Below, piece by piece: positions 43,940 to 57,853 of a stretch of DNA of 64,000 bases. The stretch covers positions 54,950 to 118,949 of the forward strand of contig CAWAPD010000002.1 of assembly GCA_963783865.1 (NCBI GenBank), in the 5' to 3' direction. How positions within the stretch are numbered: the first letter of the stretch is position 1; every line of letters starts with the position of its first letter. The position numbers and the translations under genes are program-made. The notes beneath the pieces are model-generated. The model saw only the letters and a list, made by a program, of their open reading frames with translations. It was not told where the DNA came from and searched no databases. The DNA comes from an uncultured Actinomycetes bacterium (GTDB taxonomy: Bacteria > Actinomycetota > Thermoleophilia > UBA2241).

Positions 43940-45105
43940 TCATTTCTTCTTCTGCCCGTCGCCGCTCGCCCGCCACACGAGGTAGTCGTGTACGAACGGG
44001 TCGAGGTCGCCGTCGAGCACCGCCTGGGTGTTGCCGGTCTCGTGCTGGGTGCGCAGGTCCTTGACCATCTGGTACGGGTGCAGGACGTAGCTGCGGATCT
44101 GCGAGCCGAAGTTGACGTCGAGCTGCTCGCCCCGCTCCTTGGCCAGCGCCTCGGCGTGCTTGCGCTCCTCGAGCTCGAGAAGACGCGACTTGAGCATGCG
44201 CATCGCGGTCTGGCGGTTGGAGATCTGCGAACGCTCGTTCTGGCACTGCACGACGATGCCGGTCGGGATGTGGGTGATCCGCACCGCCGAGCTCGTCTTG
44301 TTGACGTGCTGGCCGCCGGCGCCGCTCGAGCGGTAGGTGTCGATGCGCAGGTCGCCCTCGTCGATCTCGATCTCGACGTCGTCGCTCACGAGCGGGCCGA
44401 CCTCGACGGCGGCGAAGCTGGTGTGACGGCGGTTGGCCGAGTCGAAGGGACTCAGGCGGACCAGGCGGTGGACGCCCTTCTCCGAGGACAGCAGGCCGTA
44501 GACGTTCTCGCCTTCGACGCTGATCGTCGCGCTCGTGATGCCGGCCTCGCCGCCCTCTTGCGTGTCGTTCACCTCGGCCTTGAAGCCGCGGCGTTCGAAC
44601 CAGCGCAGGTACATGCGCAGGAGCATCTCGGCCCAGTCCTGCGACTCGGTGCCGCCGGCGCCGGGGTGGATCGTGACGATGGCGCCGCCCTCGTCGTAGC
44701 GGCCGCTGAAGAAGCGCTGCTCCTCGCCGCGCTCGAGCTCGCGCTCGAGGTCGTGCACGCCGCGGGAGAGTTCCGAGAGGAGCTCGGCGTCGACCGCGTC
44801 GGCGCCGAGCTCCTCGCGGACCAGCTCCTCGGTGGTCTCGAGGTCGCCGAACCGGCTCTCGAGGGCCGTGAAGTCCTCGAGGCGGCGCTTGTGCCGGCTG
44901 TACTCGGCCGACACCGCCTGCGCCGCCTCCTGGTCGTTCCAGAAGTCGGCGGCGCGCATGCGCTCCTCGAGAGCCGGCGATGCGTGCGGTCAGGGCAGGG
45001 GGGTCAAAGATAGCTCCGCAGCCAGCTCAGGCGTTCGGAACACGCCTTGAGCCGCTCGCGGAGCGCGTCGAGCTCGGTGTAGGCATCGGGGACGGTCATC
45101 GTCAT
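43940..45105 (-). CDS. prfB: Peptide chain release factor 2, with programmed +1 frameshift plus one extra unprogrammed frame break
   Basis: 'SGAGGQHVNKTSSAVRITH' (GGQ) and 'SPF' lie in the 43940-44959 frame. The N-terminal ORF 'MTVPDAYTELDALRERLKACSERLSWLRSYL*' ends in CTT-TGA-C. See findings for the second break near 44975. Confidence 0.92.
45003..45009 (-). other. prfB: Canonical RF2 programmed +1 frameshift site CUU UGA C
   Basis: The minus strand reads GCGGAGC-TAT-CTT-TGA-C. An SD-like GGAG lies upstream, as in the E. coli AGGGGG-TAT-CTT-TGA-C arrangement. Confidence 0.85.
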
Positions 45106-45221
45106 GGTGCTGGAGTATACCCGGTCCGGCCCCCCGCGGGTCCGCCCTCGGGGCACCCGGCCGCGCCCGCGCCGAGCCTGGGCCAACGAACGTCCTATAG
45201 GGCGCGGGCCGGGGGATTCCG

Positions 45222-47084
45222 ATGATGTATCCGTGTATGCTTTTGCCGAGAACGGGGGGGTCGGGAAGAAGGTGCCGCATAGCCACAGATGACCCGAGAG
45301 AGGGCGAGCAGCCGCTCGCCGACATCGCCACCCACGACGCCCTCGGCGTGGGCGTCGTCGTTTGCGACGCCAACGGCACGGTCCTGCGCATCAACGACGT
45401 CGCCGCCGAGCTCATCGGTGTCGGTGCAGAGGCCGGCCGCACCGAACGCACCGCGGCCTACAACCGCTTCGAGGCTCGTCTGCGGCTGGCCGACGGCTCG
45501 CCGCTGACGAGTTCCGAGACCCCACTGCGTATGGGGCTCAAGCTGGGACGACCGGTCTCGCAGCGCGTCCTGGGCGTGGTCGGCAGCGACGGCACGCTCA
45601 GCCGCTGGGTCCAGGTCACCAGCGAGCCGCTCCTCGGCGTCTCGGAGGGGGAGCAGGTCGGCGCCTTCATCGTCCTCGTCGACGTCACCGAGATCCGCCT
45701 CGCCGAGACGCGGGCGCAGCTCGCCGCGAGCGAGCGCGACCTCACCACGGTGACCGACCGCGACCAGCTCGAGGCGCGCCTGCAGGGTCTGGTCGGCAGG
45801 GCGCAGGCCACCGCGGGACGCTTCGCCGTCGTCGCCCTCGGCATCGACCGCTTCAAGACCGTGCACGACAGCCTCGGTCACGCGCTGACCGAGCAGCTCG
45901 AGCATGCAGTGACCGACCGTCTGCGCCGCGACCTGCGCGGCGACGACGTGGTGGCGCGCACCGGGGAGGGCGACTTCGTGCTGCTCCTGTCGGGCACCGA
46001 CACCGCCGTCGACGTCACCCGCGCCGTCGAGCGCATCAAGAGCGCCTTCGACCACCGCTGGGAGATCTCGGGTCAGGAGTTCCTGCTCACGCCGAGCATG
46101 GGCATCGCGCAGTTCCCGGGCGACGGCGACAACACCGATCTGCTGTTGCGCAATGCTGCCGCCTCGATGCGCCGCGCCCAGCAGGCCGGCGGCAACACCT
46201 GGGAGTTCTTCCACGAGGGGATGCACGACGAGGGCAGCGATCGCCTCGGCATGGAGAGCCGCCTGCACCGGGCCCTCGAGCTGGGCCACTTCGTGCTCAA
46301 CTTCCAGCCCCAGATCGACAGCTACAGCGGCGCCGTGCTGGGCGTCGAGGCGTTGCTGCGCTGGCAGGACCCCGAACGCGGCCTCATCCCTCCGGGCGAC
46401 TTCATCCCGCTGGCCGAGGAGACCGGCCTCATGCTGCCGATCGGTGAGTGGGTGCTCGAGACCGCCTGTCAGCAGGCGGTGCAGTGGGCGAACGGCGAAG
46501 AGGGCGCCCGCATGGCCGTGAACGTCTCGCCGCGCCAGTTCGCCCAGCAGGACATCGTCGGTCTCGTGCGCCGCGTGCTCGAGGATACCGGCCTGCCGGC
46601 TCACCTCCTCGAGATCGAGATCACCGAGTCGATGGCCATCCAGGACCCTGAGCGCACCATCGACCTGCTGAACGGCCTCAAGCGCCTGGGCGTGCGCGTG
46701 GCGCTCGACGACTTCGGCACCGGCTACTCCTCGCTCAGCCACCTCGCGCGGCTGCCGATCGACACGGTCAAGATCGACCGGAGCTTCGTGATGAACCTCG
46801 AAGAGGCGCGGGAGCACATCGTCGTCGCGACCTCGATCATCGCCCTCGGCCACCGGCTGGGGCTGACGGTCGTGGCCGAGGGCGTCGAGACCCACGAGCA
46901 GGCCGCGTTCCTCGGGGCCGAGTCGTGCGACGTGCTGCAGGGCTTCCTGTTCAGCCGGCCGATCCCGTCGGAGGAGTGCTCCAAGATCATGACCACGGGG
47001 ACCTCGGCCTACACGAAGCTGCTCGAGGACGCCGCCGCCAGGCTGGCAGAGCGCATGAGCAGCGGAGGGTTCGGGCAGAACTAG
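45222..47084 (+). CDS. PAS - degenerate GGDEF - EAL signalling protein (likely c-di-GMP phosphodiesterase)
   Basis: PAS-like N-terminus. The GGDEF position reads 'GEGDF' (45963-45977). EAL domain features: 'VEALLRW', 'DDFGTGYSSL' and 'VVAEGVET..Q..L'. The start codon is uncertain. Confidence 0.88.
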   Translation: MMYPCMLLPRTGGSGRRCRIATDDPREGEQPLADIATHDALGVGVVVCDANGTVLRINDVAAELIGVGAEAGRTERTAAYNRFEARLRLADGSPLTSSETPLRMGLKLGRPVSQRVLGVVGSDGTLSRWVQVTSEPLLGVSEGEQVGAFIVLVDVTEIRLAETRAQLAASERDLTTVTDRDQLEARLQGLVGRAQATAGRFAVVALGIDRFKTVHDSLGHALTEQLEHAVTDRLRRDLRGDDVVARTGEGDFVLLLSGTDTAVDVTRAVERIKSAFDHRWEISGQEFLLTPSMGIAQFPGDGDNTDLLLRNAAASMRRAQQAGGNTWEFFHEGMHDEGSDRLGMESRLHRALELGHFVLNFQPQIDSYSGAVLGVEALLRWQDPERGLIPPGDFIPLAEETGLMLPIGEWVLETACQQAVQWANGEEGARMAVNVSPRQFAQQDIVGLVRRVLEDTGLPAHLLEIEITESMAIQDPERTIDLLNGLKRLGVRVALDDFGTGYSSLSHLARLPIDTVKIDRSFVMNLEEAREHIVVATSIIALGHRLGLTVVAEGVETHEQAAFLGAESCDVLQGFLFSRPIPSEECSKIMTTGTSAYTKLLEDAAARLAERMSSGGFGQN

Positions 47085-47102
47085 CCGCGCCTGAGCCTCG
47101 GC

Positions 47103-49748
<2,646 letters not shown>

Positions 49749-49839
49749 TCTCCAGCCTACACCCTCGGGCGAGGCTTCCCTGACTGGGGTTCTCCTTGTC
49801 GCTCCGGGCGGGCCGGAGCAGCCGCGGCAGGCGGCGACG

Positions 49840-50466
49840 TCAGCGCGTGACGGGCTCGATCAGGCCGTAGTGGCCGTCGCGGCGCTTGTAGACGACGTTG
49901 GTGTCGCTGGTGTCCGCATTGGTGAAGACGAAGAAGTCGTGGCCGACCAGCTCGAGCTGCAGCGCCGCCTCTTCGACCGACATCGGCTTGAGCGAGAACT
50001 GCTTGCTCTTGACCACGCGTGGCTCGATGTGGTCGACGGGGGCGGCGAGGGCCAGGACCGGCTCGCCGGCGGCGGGAGCCGGTTCCGACTCGCCGCCGTT
50101 GTTGCCCGCGCCAGCGGCATCGACGGTCTTGCCCTGGTGCCGCTGGGCCCGGTGCTGGATGCGATCGCGGTACTTCTTGACCTGCCGTTCGACCTTCTCG
50201 GCCACCAGGTCGATGGACGCGTACATGTCGTTCGACGATTCCTTGGCGCGGATCACCGGCCCGCGCGTGAAGACCGTCGCCTCCGCCACCTGGCTGTGCG
50301 CGTTGTTGTGCGGGTTCTTCTCGACGCTCAGCTCCAGCTCCACCCGCGTCACCTCGTCGATGTGCTTCTCCCCGAGGTACTTGTGCACCCTTGAGAGCTT
50401 CTCCTCGGCGAACTCCCTGAGCGCATCGGTCACGACGATATGGCGGCCCTTGATCTGGATCTTCAT
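49840..50466 (-). CDS. hpf: Ribosome hibernation-promoting factor (long HPF)
   Basis: '[24 protein letters not shown]' S30AE domain plus the C-terminal dimerisation domain '[25 protein letters not shown]'. Confidence 0.93.
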   Translation of the reverse strand: MKIQIKGRHIVVTDALREFAEEKLSRVHKYLGEKHIDEVTRVELELSVEKNPHNNAHSQVAEATVFTRGPVIRAKESSNDMYASIDLVAEKVERQVKKYRDRIQHRAQRHQGKTVDAAGAGNNGGESEPAPAAGEPVLALAAPVDHIEPRVVKSKQFSLKPMSVEEAALQLELVGHDFFVFTNADTSDTNVVYKRRDGHYGLIEPVTR

Positions 50467-51251
50467 CGACCCTGCTCCTTTGCCCTACGTTGCCGCACGT
50501 CTCCGGACGCACAACGGCGGGCGGCGCGCGCAAACGTGAACACGTACGGCTCGCAGCCCGCTCGTCTCAACACACTGGAACACTGATGTAGTGTCTCACC
50601 CGTAGTGTAGACGTCGTCAACCACTACCACATTCTTTACCTTTTCGGCGCAATCGAAGCCTCCCCCCGGGGTCCCCTTTCGCAGCTCGAAGGCCCCGCGT
50701 ACATTGTCGCGCCGGGCGGCGGCGGCGAGGCCGCTTTGACGGCGGCCTCGCCGCCGCCGCACCAGCAACGGCTCGCAGTGAAGCCCGTGCCGGCGGGCCA
50801 GCCCGCGGGCCAGCAGACGCGCCTGGTCGAAGCCCCGCTCGAGGCCGCGCTCACGGTGCAGCGGCACCCAGGTGACGGCGTTCACGGCCGCCTCGCCGCC
50901 CAGCGCCGCCACCAGCTCGCCGAAGCGCGGCGCCGCCAGCGCGGCCATCTCGTCGGCGAGCGAACGCAGGGCGCGGAACTTGCAGGCGGTGACCAGGCGG
51001 CGCGCCGGGCCTTCGTACACGAAGGCGGCGCGCGCCGCCCCGAACGCGAGCGACCGGCCACGGCATTCGGGACACGACGGCGCCGGGCGCGGCAGCGGGG
51101 CGCCGCAACGCAGGCAGACCGTCACCGGCACGGGACGCAGCGCGGGCGCGCAGGCGGGGCACAGCCACGCGCCCGCGCGCCCGCACTGCACGCAGCGGCG
51201 CGGCAACACCAGGTCCGCCAGCCCCTCGAGGATGCGGACCGGTGCGCTCAC
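50463..51251 (-). CDS. comF: ComF-family phosphoribosyltransferase-domain protein
   Basis: N-terminal Zn ribbons 'CVQCG..CPAC' and 'CLRCG..CPEC'. PRTase motif 'VVVVDDVYTTGETL'. GTG start 51251. 4-nt overlap with hpf. Confidence 0.82.
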   Translation of the reverse strand: MSAPVRILEGLADLVLPRRCVQCGRAGAWLCPACAPALRPVPVTVCLRCGAPLPRPAPSCPECRGRSLAFGAARAAFVYEGPARRLVTACKFRALRSLADEMAALAAPRFGELVAALGGEAAVNAVTWVPLHRERGLERGFDQARLLARGLARRHGLHCEPLLVRRRRGRRQSGLAAAARRDNVRGAFELRKGTPGGGFDCAEKVKNVVVVDDVYTTGETLHQCSSVLRRAGCEPYVFTFARAARRCASGDVRQRRAKEQGR

Positions 51252-52387
51252 CCCGCCGGATCGGCCTCCTTGCGGACCTCGCTGCGCGGCGCCAGCCGGG
51301 AGTCGGCGCGCACGACGGCGCCGGCATGGATCGTCGACCCGTCGCCGACGACGGTGCCCTTGTGCACGACCGCGCCGTCGAGCACGCGTACGTCGCGACC
51401 GACGATGCAGCCCGACAGGGACGCGCCTCGCCCGAGCCGGGTGCCGTTCCAGTGGATCGCGCCCTCCAGGACGGCGCCCCTGCCCACGGTGCACCCGTCG
51501 CCGACGATCAACGGACCCACGAGCCGCGCCTTGGGGAAGACGACGCACCCCGAGCCGATCAGCACCGGCGGCACGATCTCCACGTCGTCGGCGACGGCGG
51601 AGTTGCGGCCGACCCAGACGCCGAGGCCGCGCTCGGTGCCCGGAACGGCCACGCTCACGCGGCCGAGCAGGGCGTCGAAGTTGCCGCGCCGGTACTCGCG
51701 GATGCTGCCGATGTCGTTCCAGTAGGAGGTCACGCGCCAGACGTGGAAGGCGACGTCGCCGGCCAGCAGCCGCGGGAAGACGTCCTTGGCCCAGTCGACG
51801 AACGTGGCCGGCGGCACGAAGTCGAAGATACTCGGCTCGAAGGCGTAGATGCCGCAGTTGCAGAGGTCGCTGAGCGCCTCGCCGGCGGCGGGCTTCTCCT
51901 GGAACCCCACGACGCGGTCGCCGGCGTCGTGGACGACGACCCCGTAGTGGGACGGGTCGTCGACCTGCTTGACCGCGAGCGTGCCGACGCCGCCGAGCGC
52001 GTGGTGGCGCGCCACCAGGGCGGTCAGGTCGACGTCCGTCAGCGCGTCGCCGCTGACGACGACGAACGTGCCCTGTGACAGGAACTCGCGGAACCCGCCG
52101 ACCCCGCCGGCGGTCCCCAGCAGCTTGGGCTCGACGTGGTAGCGCAGCCGCAGGCCGAACTCCTTGCCGTCGCCGAAGTGGTCGCGGATCTCGTCGGCGT
52201 AGTAGTGGAGGTTCACGGCGACCTCGGTCACGCCATGGCGCGCGAGCAGCCGCAGGATGTGCTCCATCACAGGACGGTTGACGATCGGCGCCATCGGCTT
52301 GGCCGTGCGGTCGGTGAGCGGCGCCAGCCGCGTCCCCAGGCCGGCGGCCATGATCATCGCGCGCGGGGGGAGCGCGGTCACGCGCAT
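51248..52387 (-). CDS. NDP-sugar pyrophosphorylase (nucleotidyltransferase + left-handed beta-helix), GMPP/eIF2B-gamma/epsilon-like architecture
   Basis: 'AMIMAAGLGTRLAPLTDRTAKPM', 'GTAGG', and C-terminal hexapeptide repeats. It overlaps the mtnA stop by 10 nt. Confidence 0.85.
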   Translation of the reverse strand: MRVTALPPRAMIMAAGLGTRLAPLTDRTAKPMAPIVNRPVMEHILRLLARHGVTEVAVNLHYYADEIRDHFGDGKEFGLRLRYHVEPKLLGTAGGVGGFREFLSQGTFVVVSGDALTDVDLTALVARHHALGGVGTLAVKQVDDPSHYGVVVHDAGDRVVGFQEKPAAGEALSDLCNCGIYAFEPSIFDFVPPATFVDWAKDVFPRLLAGDVAFHVWRVTSYWNDIGSIREYRRGNFDALLGRVSVAVPGTERGLGVWVGRNSAVADDVEIVPPVLIGSGCVVFPKARLVGPLIVGDGCTVGRGAVLEGAIHWNGTRLGRGASLSGCIVGRDVRVLDGAVVHKGTVVGDGSTIHAGAVVRADSRLAPRSEVRKEADPAG

Positions 52388-53466
52388 CTCCCGCGCGCGC
52401 AAGCCCCGGCCAGACTCTCGGTGTACGGCTCGCGCAGCACGCCGGCCTCGGTCACGATGGCGGTGATGCTGGCGTGCGGGGTGACGTCGAAGGCCGGGTG
52501 CCGCGCCCGTGCCCCCTCGGGCGCGACGCGGCGCCCGGCGAACGACGTCACCTCGTCCTCGCCGCGCTCCTCGATCGGGATGGCGGCGCCGCTGTCGATG
52601 CTCAGGTCGACCGTCGACAGCGGCGCCGCCACGTAGAACGGAACCCCATGCTCCTTGGCGAGCACCGACAGCGTGTACGTGCCGATCTTGTTGGCCGTGT
52701 CGCCGTTGGCGGCGATGCGGTCGGCCCCCACCACGATCCCGCTGACCTCCCCGCTGGCGATGAAGTACCCGGCCATGTTGTCGCTGATGAGACGGTAGTC
52801 GATACCCTCGACCGACAGCTCCCATGCCGTCAGGCGCGAGCCCTGCAGGAACGGGCGCGTCTCGTCGACCAGCACCGATACGTCACCGTCGCAGGCCGCG
52901 TTCGCGGCGCGGATGACACCGAGCGCCGTGCCGTACCCCGCCGTCGCCAGGGCGCCCGCGTTGCAGTGGGTGAGGATGCGGCCGCCGCACGGGAAGAGCG
53001 TGGCGCCGTAGCGGCCGATCGCCAGGCAGCGCTCGATGTCGTCGTCGTGGATCGCGACGGCGCGCCGGTGCAGCGCCTGGGCACATACCGCCGACGCGCC
53101 GGCGCACCCCTGCCAGGCGGCGCGCATCTCGGCGATCGCCCAGGTGAGGTTGACGGCCGTGGGCCGCGTCGCGGCCAAGCCAACGGCGGCCGTCTCGAGG
53201 TCGTCCTTCATGGCCACGAGGTCGTCGGGGTGGTTGCGGGCGGCGGCGCGGGCGGCCAGGTGCAGGGCGCCGGCGGCGGCGACGCCGATGGCCGGCGCCC
53301 CGCGGACCGTCATGTCGACGATGCGGTCGGCGACGTCGGTCCAGGTGGTACAGGTGACGTAGCGCTCGACCTGCGGCAGGGCGAGCTGGTCGATCAGCAC
53401 GACCGCATCGGGGCGGATCTCGACCGTCTCGACGCGCAGCTTCAGCGACTCGGGCAGCGGACTCAT
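52378..53466 (-). CDS. mtnA: S-methyl-5-thioribose-1-phosphate isomerase (IF-2B family)
   Basis: 'VRGAPAIGVAAA', 'ILTHCNAGALATAGYGTALGVIRAA' and 'VGADRIAANGDTANKIGTY'. Confidence 0.88.
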   Translation of the reverse strand: MSPLPESLKLRVETVEIRPDAVVLIDQLALPQVERYVTCTTWTDVADRIVDMTVRGAPAIGVAAAGALHLAARAAARNHPDDLVAMKDDLETAAVGLAATRPTAVNLTWAIAEMRAAWQGCAGASAVCAQALHRRAVAIHDDDIERCLAIGRYGATLFPCGGRILTHCNAGALATAGYGTALGVIRAANAACDGDVSVLVDETRPFLQGSRLTAWELSVEGIDYRLISDNMAGYFIASGEVSGIVVGADRIAANGDTANKIGTYTLSVLAKEHGVPFYVAAPLSTVDLSIDSGAAIPIEERGEDEVTSFAGRRVAPEGARARHPAFDVTPHASITAIVTEAGVLREPYTESLAGACARGRCA

Positions 53467-53509
53467 GTGACGCAGCCTCGTGACACCGGGAGCGGGGACC
53501 CCGCTCGGC

Positions 53510-55375
<1,866 letters not shown>

Positions 55376-55390
55376 CTACGGGGTCGCCGT

Positions 55391-56503
55391 TCAGGAGCCG
55401 GGCGGCGCGCCGCCGAGGCGGGCCTTCAGGCCCTCGATCGCCGCCACCGGCGCCGGGTCGACGCCGCGCAACACCGCCAGGTACAGCGACGCGAAGTCGC
55501 CGACCACGATCGTCGAGAGCAGGCGGGCGAGCGGCGTAGCTCCCCGCGCGTCGACGCGGGCCACGCCGCCCGCCCGCGCCGCGACGATCTCCAGTGTGTA
55601 GTCCATTCGGCGCCGCAGCCGCTCGTCGGCCTGGTCGTCGTCGAGGGCCACGACGAAGAAGGAGTCGGCCGGCGCGGCGCCCTCACCAAAGCCGACGAGC
55701 TCGTTGTGGTCGAGCTCGGGCAGCTCGTTGAAGAAGGCGGGCACCTTGGCGTTCTCGTTCAGCTGGCCCTTCCAGCGGCGCGCGGCCGGCGCGGTCAGGC
55801 CGGCGCCGTAGACCACGGGGATCTTGCCGAGCAGGGCCCCAGCCAGGCGCTTTGCCTCATTGGCTCCTTCGTCGGCCTCATCGTCGGCACCGGGGGCGAG
55901 CTCGAGTGCCCGCGCCTGGACGACCACGGCCGCCTCTGCCACCTGCTCGCCGAACACGCCCGTCAGGCCGGCGCGCTCCAGCGCGGCGCCGATCGCCGTC
56001 ACAAGGTAGCCCAGGGAGGCGCGCGGCTGCAGGCCGCCCGTCACCGTGACCAGCGGCAGGGCGCGCCCGGCGGCGACGCCGCCGAGCGCGCCCCCCGTGG
56101 CCACGCACACGGGCCGGCAGCCGCGCGCCAGCGCCTGGTCGACGCAGGCCAGCGTCTCCTCGGTGTTGCCCGAGTAGCTCACGGCGATCGTCAGCGTCTG
56201 CGGGCCCACCCAGGCCGGCAGCTCGTAGCCGCGCACGACCGCATAGGGGACCGGCAGCGCGCCCAGGCAGGCGCCGACCACGTCGGCGCCGATCGCCGAC
56301 CCGCCCATCCCCACGACCGCGACCCCGGTGACCGACGAGCCGGCGGCGCCGGGCAGGGTCTCCTCCTGCAGCGCCGACCAGGCCGTGGCCCAGCCGGCGC
56401 GCAGCTGGTCGCACAGCGTCGCCGCGACCGCGAGCTGCCCGCTCGTGTCGACCGCGGCGATGCGGTCGGCCGTGAGATCGACGCCGGGCGCTGCCGCGTC
56501 CAC
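55391..56503 (-). CDS. Bifunctional phosphoglucose/phosphomannose isomerase-like SIS-domain protein
   Basis: 'VAVVGMGGSAIGAD', 'AVSYSGNTEETL', and a C-terminal PGI/PMI-type domain. Confidence 0.72.
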   Translation of the reverse strand: MDAAAPGVDLTADRIAAVDTSGQLAVAATLCDQLRAGWATAWSALQEETLPGAAGSSVTGVAVVGMGGSAIGADVVGACLGALPVPYAVVRGYELPAWVGPQTLTIAVSYSGNTEETLACVDQALARGCRPVCVATGGALGGVAAGRALPLVTVTGGLQPRASLGYLVTAIGAALERAGLTGVFGEQVAEAAVVVQARALELAPGADDEADEGANEAKRLAGALLGKIPVVYGAGLTAPAARRWKGQLNENAKVPAFFNELPELDHNELVGFGEGAAPADSFFVVALDDDQADERLRRRMDYTLEIVAARAGGVARVDARGATPLARLLSTIVVGDFASLYLAVLRGVDPAPVAAIEGLKARLGGAPPGS

Positions 56504-57853
56504 TCAGGCGCCCTGCCGGATCACGCCCAGCACGAGGTCGCGCTTCTCCTCCATCAGGTCCCGGCCGTCGGCGCCGAGGTTCAGGCGCAACAGCGGCTCG
56601 GTGTTGGAGGGGCGCACGTTGAAATGCCAGTCGGGGTAGTCGACGGAGATCCCGTCGAGCTTCGTCACCTCGCCGTCGCCGAAGCGCACCTCGATGCGCG
56701 CCAGGGCGGCGGGCACGTCGTCGACGGTCGTGTTGATCTCGCCCGAGATGAAGTACTTCTCGCGCAACGGCTGCAGCAGCTCGGCCATGGTCGCCTTCTT
56801 GCGCGACAGCAGTTCAAGGATGAGCAGCGCGGGGATGAAGCCCGAGTCGGCGTTGTGGTTGGCGGCGAAGTAGTAGTGGCCCGACACCTCGCCGCCGAAC
56901 AGCACGCCCTCGCGGCGCATGCGTTGCTTGAAGAAGGCGTGCCCCACCCGGTTCACCAGGGGCACGCCCCCGTTGGCCCTGACCGTGTCGGGCACGGCCC
57001 GGCTGGCGCGCAGGTCGTAGAGGATCGAGGCTCCGGGGTCGCGGCCCAGCAGGGCCTCGGCCAGCAGCGCCGTGACGAAATCGCCGGGCACGAACTCGCC
57101 GGCCTCGTCGACGAAAAAGCAGCGGTCGGCGTCGCCGTCCCAGGCGATCCCCAGGTCGGCCTTCTCGGCCACCACCCGTTCGCGGATCTCGCGGCTGTTC
57201 TCCTCGAGCAGCGGGTTCGGCTCGTGGTTGGGGAAGGTGCCGTCGACCTCGAAGTACATCTCGACGCGGCGCACCGGCGTGCGGTCGAACACGAGCGGCG
57301 CCAGCTTGCCGGCGGCGCCGTTGGCGGCGTCCATGACCACGCGGTACGGGGCGAACGCGCCGGCGTCGACCAGGCCGAGCAGGTGCTCGACGTAGTCCGG
57401 GTAGAGGTCGTCGGCCCGCAGGGTCGGCTCGACGCCGGCAGCCGGGGCCGCGCTCTCGAGCACGCGCCGCTTGAGCTCGGGGATGCCGGCGTCGCCGCTC
57501 AACGGCAGCGCTCCCTCCCCCACCAGCTTCATGCCGTTGTACTGCGGGGGGTTGTGCGAGGCGGTGATCATGGCGCCGCCGTCGAAGCCGCGGTGGGCGA
57601 CGCCGAAGTACAGCATCTCGGTCGGGACCATGCCGAAGTCGACCGTCTCCGCCCCGGCGGCGGCCGCCCCCCGGGCGAACGCCAGGACGAGGCCCGGCGA
57701 CGAGGGCCGGGGGTCGGCCCCGGCGGCGAGCGTGCGGGCGCCGAGCTGCGCGGCGAGCGCCGCGCCGATCAGCTCGGCGCCCGCCTCGTCGATCTCCTGC
57801 GGGTACAGCCCGCGCACGTCGTACGCCTTGAACGCCCCGGGTGCGATCGTCAT
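56504..57853 (-). CDS. manB: Phosphomannomutase/phosphoglucomutase
   Basis: 'FKAYDVRG', active-site 'ITASHNPPQYNGMKL', 'GIAWDGDADR' and 'GGEVSGH'. Confidence 0.92.
   Translation of the reverse strand: MTIAPGAFKAYDVRGLYPQEIDEAGAELIGAALAAQLGARTLAAGADPRPSSPGLVLAFARGAAAAGAETVDFGMVPTEMLYFGVAHRGFDGGAMITASHNPPQYNGMKLVGEGALPLSGDAGIPELKRRVLESAAPAAGVEPTLRADDLYPDYVEHLLGLVDAGAFAPYRVVMDAANGAAGKLAPLVFDRTPVRRVEMYFEVDGTFPNHEPNPLLEENSREIRERVVAEKADLGIAWDGDADRCFFVDEAGEFVPGDFVTALLAEALLGRDPGASILYDLRASRAVPDTVRANGGVPLVNRVGHAFFKQRMRREGVLFGGEVSGHYYFAANHNADSGFIPALLILELLSRKKATMAELLQPLREKYFISGEINTTVDDVPAALARIEVRFGDGEVTKLDGISVDYPDWHFNVRPSNTEPLLRLNLGADGRDLMEEKRDLVLGVIRQGA

Noticed and set aside
43940-45186. Treating 45004-45186 and 43940-44959 as two separate genes
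   Set aside because: Together they form RF2. The N-terminal ORF ends in the canonical CUU-UGA-C recoding site, and the body carries GGQ and SPF motifs.
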